Source of the DNA: an uncultured bacterium
GTDB lineage: Bacteria; Krumholzibacteriota; Krumholzibacteriia; LZORAL124-64-63
DNA: 64,000 nt
Direction: 5' to 3'
NCBI GenBank assembly: GCA_963732385.1
Contig: CAVSZB010000007.1
Location: forward strand, 192,001-256,000
The notes under the pieces were generated by a model. It did not search any database. It saw only the letters and a program-made list of their open reading frames with translations, and had not been told where the DNA came from. Of this stretch, positions 56,529 through 64,000 are shown one piece after another (within the stretch, counting starts at the first letter, position 1; the number at the start of each line of letters is the position of its first letter). The translations under genes and the position numbers were made by a program.

Positions 56529-59036
56529 ATGCTGGACGGAAGCGCACAGGAGCGGACGCCGGGAGTGCTCCGCCGAACGGTCCTGCTCGGGCTCTTCGCC
56601 GGCACGGCGGTCGGCGCCGGTTTGCTGCTGGCCGGAATCCCCAACTGTGAACTGATGACCCTCCTTTGCGCGCTGGCCGGGGGCGTGCTCGGCCGTGGCG
56701 CCGGTGCGGTCGTGGGCGCCCTCGCGGTCACGTTCTACTCCTTGGGCAATCCGCTCGGTCCGGCGCCGCCCCCCCTGCTCGCGGCTCAGGCCGCCGGTTT
56801 GGCGATGGCCGGCTGGCTGGGCGGAGCCACGGCCGGCGCGGTGCTTGCCCGCTGGCGCGCCGGCAGGCGTCGTCACGCCTCCCTGCTGGCGCTCGGAACC
56901 GGCGTGGGATCGACGCTGTTCTACGACCTGCTCACGAACCTTTGCGGCGCGGCCGTCTTCGGTGTCGACTGGCGGGTGGTTCTGGCCGGCGCGATCCCCT
57001 TCAGCTTGGTGCATGTGGCGGTGAACGGCGTGCAGTTCCTCCTTTTGTATGCCCCTCTGCTGGCGCGTTACCGCCATCTGGCGCAAAGCCCGCTGCGCGG
57101 GGACGGCCCGACGGTCGTGTTGACGCTGCTGCTGGCCCTGGCGGTTGCGCCGGAAGCCCGCGCCGCGGCTCCGGCCGACAGCGCGGCGGTCATGCCGGTT
57201 GACGGCACGGTCGCGCCGCCCGCTTCGCCCGCCCCGCCAGACAGCGTGATTGTCGCGTCGGACGCCGACACCGTAACCGCCATTTTGCCCCTGCCGCCGT
57301 TCGCAGGGGCGTTCGCCACGACTTATGTGGAACAGCTCACGCTCGACACGGCCTGGACTCCGCTGGTGGACGGCGGGCTGGGCGGGCGGATCGTGCTGGC
57401 ACATGAGGCCGACACGTCGCCGTGGCCGGCGGTGTGGCGCGACGACGTGCCGCTGGGCGTCGGCCATCGCTGGATCGACGAGCCGTGGCTGGTGCCGCTC
57501 GCCGGCCAGGAGATCAGCACGGTTTCTTACGGTCTCGACGCGTTCGGAGGATTCGGCGGAGAGGTGCGTCTTTCGCCTCTCGACAGCCGGCCGCAGGAGC
57601 CGGTGCTCGAAACGCAGTTCTTCAAGGGGGGGCACGGCACTTATCTGCGCCGGCTCGCCTTCCGCACGCCGCACGCGCCCTGGCGCGCGCGGTTCGACTT
57701 CGAAGAGCGGCTCGACCGCGAGGGCTACGCGCTGTCGCCCGACACAGACCTCCGCTTCGCCAATCTCAAGACGGCCGGATCCGCGGCGCTGCGGTCGGGT
57801 CGGGGCGTGATCGAGCGCGTGCTCGACGACGGTTCGCGTCTCCGGTTCGCGGTCGAGAGCGTGCGCCGACACCGCACCGTGCTGCCGGCCACCGGCACGA
57901 TCCACGAGGAGGCGTGGCTGCAGCGCGCGGAACTGGGCTGGCGCGGCTCGGGCCGGCTCGGCGACCTGCGAGGGGCCGTGTTTGCGACCAGCGCGGACGT
58001 GCAGCGGGAACCGCCCGGGGAATCGGCCGAGTGGCGCCGGTTGGAGGTGACCCGGGAAGGGATTTCCGGCGGCCTCACCGGCGGCGGCGGCCGGCGCTGG
58101 CTCTCGGCGGTCGCCCTGGGCTGGCGTCTGCACGACACGGGTGCCGACGCGGCCTGGGCTGGCGCAGCGGGCGGTCCGGTCGACGGCGCCGGCGCGGAGG
58201 CCGCCCTGCAGGCCGGTCTGCGCGTTCCCTTTCGACGTCTGGCCGTCGTGCCGCGGCTCGTCTTCTCCTGGGCCGATCCCGGCGGCTGGCGGCCCGGCGG
58301 CGCCCTGACCGTCGAGCCTGGCGACGGTGGCTGGTGGCGGTTCGATCTGGAATCGGGGGGTCGGGCGCCGCGCAGTGACGAACTGTTGACGACCGACCGG
58401 GCTGAGGCGCCGGATCGCACGGTGCTGCTCGCGCCGAACCGCGATCTGGGCCGCGAGCGGGTCGTGCGAGCGGCGCTGGCGCTGCGGCGCCAGGTATGGG
58501 GAACCGATCTTGCAGCGACCGGGAGCCTGCGAACCCTGCGCGACGGCATTGCCTGGACCGCGGAGTCCGGCGCCGATGGCACGGGGCGCTGGGAGAACGG
58601 GCTGGACCTCGACGGACGCGTGCTGACGGCCGGTTTGACGCGCACAGTGCGTCTGGCCGGCCTGCTGCGCCTGCGCGCCGACGCGGTCTGGCGCTCGATG
58701 GCTGTGAGCAGCGGTGTCGCGCGGGGCGTACCGCCGGCGCGCGCGGCGTCGCTGGCGGTTGACTGGGAGCACAGTTCGTTTCATGGCGACGGCGTGTGGC
58801 TTCTCGGCTGGCGGATGGAGCGGACCGGCGTGTATGCCGATCCGTGGCTGCCGGTCGCCGGGTACACGCTGCCGGCGCGTGCTTTGCAGCATCTGCTGCT
58901 CGGCTTCCGGCTGGTCGGCGTGGATCTCCAGCTTGAACTGCGCAATCTCACCGACGACCGCCAGCCTGTTTCGGCCGGTGCACTGGCCGAGGGCCGCGAG
59001 GCGCGCTGGCGCCTCGGCTGGACCTTCACGCGCTGA
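56529..59036 (+). CDS. Fusion of an ECF transporter S-component-like domain (aa ~1-190) and a TonB-dependent-receptor/porin-like outer-membrane barrel
   Basis: N-terminus with ~6 hydrophobic helices (IPNCELMT, YSLGNPLG, TLFYDLLTN, AIPFSLVHVAVN); internal signal-like segment ending PEARA|A; plug-like DDVPL...GGEVRL; amphipathic strands ending WRLGWTFTR. Confidence 0.7.
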   Translation: MLDGSAQERTPGVLRRTVLLGLFAGTAVGAGLLLAGIPNCELMTLLCALAGGVLGRGAGAVVGALAVTFYSLGNPLGPAPPPLLAAQAAGLAMAGWLGGATAGAVLARWRAGRRRHASLLALGTGVGSTLFYDLLTNLCGAAVFGVDWRVVLAGAIPFSLVHVAVNGVQFLLLYAPLLARYRHLAQSPLRGDGPTVVLTLLLALAVAPEARAAAPADSAAVMPVDGTVAPPASPAPPDSVIVASDADTVTAILPLPPFAGAFATTYVEQLTLDTAWTPLVDGGLGGRIVLAHEADTSPWPAVWRDDVPLGVGHRWIDEPWLVPLAGQEISTVSYGLDAFGGFGGEVRLSPLDSRPQEPVLETQFFKGGHGTYLRRLAFRTPHAPWRARFDFEERLDREGYALSPDTDLRFANLKTAGSAALRSGRGVIERVLDDGSRLRFAVESVRRHRTVLPATGTIHEEAWLQRAELGWRGSGRLGDLRGAVFATSADVQREPPGESAEWRRLEVTREGISGGLTGGGGRRWLSAVALGWRLHDTGADAAWAGAAGGPVDGAGAEAALQAGLRVPFRRLAVVPRLVFSWADPGGWRPGGALTVEPGDGGWWRFDLESGGRAPRSDELLTTDRAEAPDRTVLLAPNRDLGRERVVRAALALRRQVWGTDLAATGSLRTLRDGIAWTAESGADGTGRWENGLDLDGRVLTAGLTRTVRLAGLLRLRADAVWRSMAVSSGVARGVPPARAASLAVDWEHSSFHGDGVWLLGWRMERTGVYADPWLPVAGYTLPARALQHLLLGFRLVGVDLQLELRNLTDDRQPVSAGALAEGREARWRLGWTFTR

Positions 59037-59099
59037 CTCCGGCGCCGCCGGGCCGGGAGCGCGCCGCGTCGGAGCTGGCGGCGAGTGCAAAGAGCGGCC

Positions 59100-59597
59100 A
59101 TGACCCGCCGGCAGGCCGCCGCCCTGCTGCTCGCCGCCGCGCTGCTGGGGGGCGGTCGCTGCGTGCGTCAGCTGTTGCTGGTGGACGCGACCGGCGCCTG
59201 GCGTGATCCGCTCCTGCTCGACCGCTTTCTGCCGCCCGACGAAACGGCGCTGCTGCCTGCCGGCGGCAGTGTCCCCGCGGTCAGTGGCGGTGGTTCCGGT
59301 GGGGGCACGGTCCCGATCCGTGCCGTGCCCCGCGCGGTGTTCAGCGGACAGCTCGACATCAACACCGCGCCTGCGGACTCCCTCGAACTGTTGCCCGGAC
59401 TCGGACCGGCGCTGGCCAGGCGCCTGGTGGCCGACCGAGCGGTGCGGGGGCCGTATCTCGCCGCCGGCGACCTGGAGCGGGTGAGTGGCATCGGTCCGCG
59501 GATCGCGGCCCGGCTCGCCCCACGCTTGCGTTTTGCAATGCCGCCTCCCGCCCGCCCCTCCCCGCCACCGGCCGCATCGCTGCCGGGCGCCCTCTGA
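59100..59597 (+). CDS. comEA: ComEA-family helix-hairpin-helix DNA-binding protein
   Basis: N-terminal TM; LDINTA..LELLPGLGPALARRLVADR...GPY...DLERVSGIGP. Confidence 0.85.
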   Translation: MTRRQAAALLLAAALLGGGRCVRQLLLVDATGAWRDPLLLDRFLPPDETALLPAGGSVPAVSGGGSGGGTVPIRAVPRAVFSGQLDINTAPADSLELLPGLGPALARRLVADRAVRGPYLAAGDLERVSGIGPRIAARLAPRLRFAMPPPARPSPPPAASLPGAL

Positions 59598-59630
59598 TCG
59601 GGCCATTCACGGCGGCCGGGTAAATGGCCC

Positions 59631-59657
59631 TCAAGTTGCGATCGGGCGCGTCGATCA
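59631..59657 (+). promoter_or_regulatory. sigma28-like promoter upstream of pilB
   Basis: TCAAG-N14-GTCGATCA, preceded by a hairpin at 59600-59630. Confidence 0.45.
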
Positions 59658-59803
59658 GACAGCAGACACTACAGGCAGGCCGTCCGGCGCGGCCCGGCGC
59701 CCCCTGTGCCACGGGAGGCGATGGGTGGTGTCATGTCGCGACGGTCGCCGGCGCGGGAGCCACTGTGGAAAGCGCCTACGCACGCCGTAAACCGGGGGCG
59801 AGC

Positions 59804-61507
59804 ATGAACGTCAGCAAAAGCCTGGTGATCAAAGACAAGATCGCGGGGCGTCTGCTCGAAGCGAATCTCATCAGCCAGGACGATCTGAACAAGGCTGTTG
59901 AGCTGCAGAAGAAGGATGGCGGATCGCTCGGCCTCTGCCTCGTCCGTGCCGGCGCGATCAGCGACAACGCCTACGCGGAATTTCTCGGCAAGGTGTACAA
60001 CCTGCCGGTGGTGAATATCGAGAAGCTCGAAATCAGCCGTGAAAGTCTGGCGCTGATCCCTGCCGACGTGGCGACGAAGTTCCAGGTGCTCCCGCTGCGG
60101 CGCGAGGGGCGCATCCTCACCGTGGCGATGTCGAATCCGAGCAACATCTTCGCCATCGACGACATCAAGTTCATCACCGGGCTTGACGTGCAGCCGGTGG
60201 TCTGCGGCGAAGCGTCGATCAAGCGCGCCATCGATGCCAACTACGACTCGGCGGACTCCCTCGCCGCGATCATGCAGGGCCTCGAGGCCGACATCGAGAT
60301 CGTGGAAGATGAAGAGGACGAGGAGGCGCTTTCCGGCCAGGAGTCGAGCCAGAACGCCCCGGTGGTCAAACTCGTGAACACGGTGCTGGCAGAGGCCGTG
60401 AAGATGGGCGCCAGCGACATCCACGTCGAGCCTTACGAGAAGCACCTGCGCGTGCGCTACCGCATCGATGGCGTGCTCGAGCCGATGATGGAGCCGCCGT
60501 TCAAGATGAAGAACGCCATCATCAGCCGCCTGAAGATCATGGCGGAGCTGGACATCGCCGAGCGGCGCATTCCGCAGGACGGCCGCATCAAGCTCAAGGT
60601 CGGCGACAAGAAGATCGACCTCCGCGTGAGCACTCTGCCGACGATCTTCGGCGAGAAGGTCGTGATGCGAATCCTCGACAAGGGGAACCTCAACATCGAC
60701 CTTGCCGCGTTCGGCATGGAGCCCAAGGCGCTGGACGACCTGATGCAGGCGATCGCAGCGCCGTTCGGAATGGTGCTGGTGACCGGCCCGACCGGATCCG
60801 GCAAGACCACCACGCTGTACTCCTGTCTGTCGCGCCTGAACACCCCTGAGCGCAACATCATGACGGCCGAGGACCCGGTCGAGTACAACCTCGACGGCAT
60901 CAACCAGGTGCAGGTGCGCGACGAGGTCGGGCTCACCTTCGCCGCGGCGCTGAAGGCGTTCCTGCGGCAGGACCCGAACGTGGTCATGGTCGGTGAGATC
61001 CGCGATCTGGAGACCGGATCCATCGCCACCAAGGCGGCGCTTACCGGCCATCTGGTGCTCTCGACTCTGCATACCAACGATGCGCCCAGTACGATCAACC
61101 GCATGATCGACATGGGCATCGAGCCGTTCCTGGTGGCTTCCTCGACGAACATCATCATGGCTCAGCGTCTCGTGCGCCGGATCTGCAAGCACTGCAAGGC
61201 CGAGGAGAAGGTGCCGCCCGAGTCGTTGTCCGGCGTCGGACTCAAGCCCGACACGGTCGTTTACAAGGGCCGCGGCTGCGATCAGTGCGGGGGCAACGGC
61301 TACTCCGGACGCCAGGGACTGTACGAGGTCATGCCGATCACTCCCGAGATCCGCGACATGATCCTTGATCGGGCATCCACCAGCGAGATCTGTCGCAAGG
61401 CGATCGAGCAGGGCATGCTCACCCTGCGCCAGGACGGACTGATGAAGATTCAGAGAGGCATCACGACCATCGAAGAGGTCCTGCGGGAGACCTCCGGAGT
61501 CGAGTGA
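59804..61507 (+). CDS. pilB: Type IV pilus extension ATPase PilB
   Basis: ASDIHVEP, LDIAERRIPQDGR, GPTGSGKTTTLY, EDPVEY, LRQDP..GEIRD, TGHLVLSTLHTND, tetra-Cys zinc motif. Confidence 0.95.
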   Translation: MNVSKSLVIKDKIAGRLLEANLISQDDLNKAVELQKKDGGSLGLCLVRAGAISDNAYAEFLGKVYNLPVVNIEKLEISRESLALIPADVATKFQVLPLRREGRILTVAMSNPSNIFAIDDIKFITGLDVQPVVCGEASIKRAIDANYDSADSLAAIMQGLEADIEIVEDEEDEEALSGQESSQNAPVVKLVNTVLAEAVKMGASDIHVEPYEKHLRVRYRIDGVLEPMMEPPFKMKNAIISRLKIMAELDIAERRIPQDGRIKLKVGDKKIDLRVSTLPTIFGEKVVMRILDKGNLNIDLAAFGMEPKALDDLMQAIAAPFGMVLVTGPTGSGKTTTLYSCLSRLNTPERNIMTAEDPVEYNLDGINQVQVRDEVGLTFAAALKAFLRQDPNVVMVGEIRDLETGSIATKAALTGHLVLSTLHTNDAPSTINRMIDMGIEPFLVASSTNIIMAQRLVRRICKHCKAEEKVPPESLSGVGLKPDTVVYKGRGCDQCGGNGYSGRQGLYEVMPITPEIRDMILDRASTSEICRKAIEQGMLTLRQDGLMKIQRGITTIEEVLRETSGVE

Positions 61508-61559
61508 TGAACTGGGCCGCGATCGGCCACGCGGTTACCCGGATATATGGAGGATAGTC

Positions 61560-62633
61560 GTGATCAACATGCGCGAATTGCTCGAGGATATGGTCAGCCG
61601 GGCAGCGTCCGATCTGCACGTCACCGCCGGCCTCGCCCCGCAGTACCGGGTCGATGGCGCCATCCAGGCCAGCAATTTTCCGACGCTGACGCCCGAGGCG
61701 ACCCGCCAGCTTGCCTACAGCATCCTGAACGATGAGCAGAAGAAGCGGTTCGAGAACGACAAGGAACTCGATTTCTCATTCGGCGTGCAGGGTATCAGCC
61801 GGTTCCGCGCGAACGTCTTCCAGCAGCGTGGTTGCACGTCGATGGCGATACGTCAGATCCCGTACACGATCCAGACTTTCGAGGAGCTCGGGCTGCCGCC
61901 GGTCGTGCGCATGCTCGTGAGCCGGCCGCAGGGGCTGATCCTCGTCACCGGACCGACCGGCAGCGGCAAGTCAACCACGCTGGCCACGATGGTCGACCAC
62001 ATCAACCGCAACATGGCGGGACACATCATCACGATCGAGGATCCGATCGAATACGTGCACCAGCACAAGAAGTGCATCGTCAACCAGCGCGAGGTCAACA
62101 ACGACACTGGCTCATTCCCGCAGGCGCTCAAGTACGTATTGCGCCAGGATCCTGACGTGATTCTGATCGGCGAGATGCGCGACCGCGAAACCGTCGCCGC
62201 CGCGCTGACCATCGCCGAGACCGGGCATCTGGCCATGGCCACGCTGCACACGAACAGCACCTACGAATCGATAAACCGCATCATCGACGTGTTTCCGGCC
62301 GAGCAGCAGAACCAGGTGCGGTCACAGCTGGCGTTCAGTCTTTCCGGCGTGATGACCCAGCAACTCATTCCGCGGGCCTACGGACGCGGGCGCGCGCTGA
62401 CGCTGGAGATCATGGTCTGCACGCCGGCGATCAAGGCGATGATCCGCGACAACAAACCGCATCAGATCTACGGCCTCATGCAGGCCGGTCAGAAGCACGG
62501 CATGCAGACCATGAACCAGTCCCTGTACCAGGCGTTCGTCAACAAGTGGATCTCGCGCGAGCAGGCGGTCAGCCGCAGTTCCGATCCCGCGGAACTGTTG
62601 CAAATGATGGGCGAGCCTGTAGGCGCGGTCTGA
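61560..62633 (+). CDS. pilT: Type IV pilus retraction ATPase PilT
   Basis: ASDLH, RFRANVF, GPTGSGKSTTLA, TIEDPIE, GEMRD, AETGHL, AIKAMIRD (AIRNLIRE-like), GMQTM. Confidence 0.95.
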   Translation: MINMRELLEDMVSRAASDLHVTAGLAPQYRVDGAIQASNFPTLTPEATRQLAYSILNDEQKKRFENDKELDFSFGVQGISRFRANVFQQRGCTSMAIRQIPYTIQTFEELGLPPVVRMLVSRPQGLILVTGPTGSGKSTTLATMVDHINRNMAGHIITIEDPIEYVHQHKKCIVNQREVNNDTGSFPQALKYVLRQDPDVILIGEMRDRETVAAALTIAETGHLAMATLHTNSTYESINRIIDVFPAEQQNQVRSQLAFSLSGVMTQQLIPRAYGRGRALTLEIMVCTPAIKAMIRDNKPHQIYGLMQAGQKHGMQTMNQSLYQAFVNKWISREQAVSRSSDPAELLQMMGEPVGAV

Positions 62634-62650
62634 GCGAAGGGGAGGGAGTC

Positions 62651-63865
62651 GTGGCAGCCAGCACCATGTTCGTCTGGAAGGGTCGGTCCCCCAAGGGAGA
62701 AATTCTTTCCGGCGAGTACGAGGCCACCGACAAGCATGAGGTTTCCGAATATCTCCGCAAGCGGCGGATCATCATCACCACGATCAGGAAGAAGCCGAAG
62801 AATCTGCGCTTCGGGCTCGGGGGGGGCGGCAAGGTCAAGGTGCGCGATCTGAGCGTGTTCACACGCCAGTTCGCCACCATGGTCAACGCCGGTCTGCCGC
62901 TGGTGCAGTGCCTCGACATTCTCGGGCGCCAGATGGAGAAGCCGTTCTTCCGCGCGACCGTGCAGCAGGTCATGCTCGACGTGGAGGGGGGCTCCACGCT
63001 GGCGGAGGGTCTGGGCAGGCATCCGCGCATCTTCTCTGACCTGTACACCAACATGGTGGCGGCCGGTGAGACGGGCGGTATCCTCGACACCATCCTGACG
63101 CGGCTGTCTCTCTACCTGGAGAAGGCTGACGCCCTGCAGCGCAAGGTCAAGGGCGCGATGACCTATCCGACCATCGTGCTGGTCGTGGCCGGCGGCGCGA
63201 CCATTTTCATGCTGCTGTTCGTCATCCCGGTGTTCGCCAAGATGTTCTCCGATTTCGGCGGCACGCTGCCGGCTCCCACACGCATCGTGATGGGGCTGTC
63301 CATCTTCCTGCAGCACTACTGGTGGGCTTTGGGTGGCGGGGCTTTCGGCCTCTCGGTCCTGTTCAAGCGCTATCGCGCCACGAAGAAGGGCCGCCTGCAG
63401 ACGGACAAGTTATCGCTGCGTATCCCCATCCTGGGCGACGTGCTGCGCAAGTCGTCGGTGGCCCGCTTCACCCGGACGCTCGGCACGCTGGTCGGGGCCG
63501 GCGTGCCGATCCTGCAGGGGCTGGAAATCACCGCCAAGACGGCCGGCAACATGGTGATCCAGAATGCGATCGTCGCGACCCAGAAGAGCATCAGCCAGGG
63601 CGATACAATCGCCGAGCCACTGCGCAAGAGCGAAGTGTTCCCGCCGATGGTGGTCCAGATGATCGGCATCGGCGAACAGACGGGCGCGCTCGATGAGATG
63701 CTCAACAAGATCGCGGACTTCTATGACGACGAGGTGGACACGGCGGTGGATGCGTTGACCGCGGCTATCGAGCCGATCATGATCGTGGTCATGGGCGTGA
63801 TGGTCGGCGGCATGCTGATCGCGATGTATCTGCCGATGTTCCAGATGGCCAATGTGGTCGGCTGA
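62651..63865 (+). CDS. pilC: Type IV pilus platform protein PilC (T2SS F family)
   Basis: GTG after GGAGGGAG; FTRQFATMVNAGLPL, AGETGG.LD, AMTYP, GEQTGALDEML, EP, AMYLPMF. Confidence 0.95.
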   Translation: MAASTMFVWKGRSPKGEILSGEYEATDKHEVSEYLRKRRIIITTIRKKPKNLRFGLGGGGKVKVRDLSVFTRQFATMVNAGLPLVQCLDILGRQMEKPFFRATVQQVMLDVEGGSTLAEGLGRHPRIFSDLYTNMVAAGETGGILDTILTRLSLYLEKADALQRKVKGAMTYPTIVLVVAGGATIFMLLFVIPVFAKMFSDFGGTLPAPTRIVMGLSIFLQHYWWALGGGAFGLSVLFKRYRATKKGRLQTDKLSLRIPILGDVLRKSSVARFTRTLGTLVGAGVPILQGLEITAKTAGNMVIQNAIVATQKSISQGDTIAEPLRKSEVFPPMVVQMIGIGEQTGALDEMLNKIADFYDDEVDTAVDALTAAIEPIMIVVMGVMVGGMLIAMYLPMFQMANVVG

Positions 63866-63866
63866 G

Positions 63867-64000
63867 ATGCCAGGCGCCAGCGATGCGGAGCTGGCGGTCG
63901 GGGAGACAGCAGCGCCGGCGGGGGCCCCGGGCCAGCTGCTGGCGCTGCGTCTGCTGTTCGCGACCTTCATGGTCGGCACCGGCATCGTGGTCGTCCGGCT
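63867..64000 (+). CDS. 5' fragment of a membrane protein, probably the PilS-type sensor kinase
   Basis: ATG 1 nt after the pilC stop; MPGASDAEL...QLLALRLLFATFMVGTGIVVVR runs off the window. The pilB-pilT-pilC-pilS order is known from Myxococcus/Geobacter. Confidence 0.45.
   Translation, partial: MPGASDAELAVGETAAPAGAPGQLLALRLLFATFMVGTGIVVVR

Overview
A high-GC bacterial chromosomal window that is densely coding and almost entirely on the + strand. I found no rRNA, tRNA, CRISPR array, transposase or integrase. The gene content (PorU/PorV-like proteins, FlgD/T9SS-type C-terminal domains, a CRTAC1/ASPIC lipoprotein, a beta-helix protein) suggests an FCB-superphylum lineage outside classical Bacteroidota, such as Krumholzibacteriota/Latescibacterota/Eisenbacteria; this is an inference. 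Gene order: beta-helix protein and CRTAC1 lipoprotein (-); groES-groEL with a CIRCE-like operator; a 128-nt hairpin; GT4 glycosyltransferase; yqeC-mocA-xdhC-yqeB (accessory genes for selenium-dependent molybdenum hydroxylases); TPR protein; dapL-folB-folK-dNK-panB-panC-HIT; DUF4321-tatA-mrfA-mrfB; an unknown protein; ppiD/surA (-); M23 peptidase-dnaE-accA; a ~17.6 kb envelope/T9SS-like cluster (Trm112, PorU-like C25, PorV, M6 protease, two DUF5683-like paralogues, NHL lipoprotein, large beta-barrel, Omp85); ligA-dinG-hutH-hutI; SgmX-like TPR protein; an ECF S-component/beta-barrel fusion; comEA; pilB-pilT-pilC and a truncated probable pilS. The most striking observation is two unrelated ORFs in which an inner-membrane protein is fused in frame, through an internal signal-peptide-like segment ending ARA|A, to an exported protein. 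These are a membrane metal-hydrolase-like domain joined to a PorU-like sortase, and an ECF S-component joined to a TonB-receptor-like barrel. They may be polyproteins processed by signal peptidase. All family assignments come from motif recognition by eye; no database searches were run.
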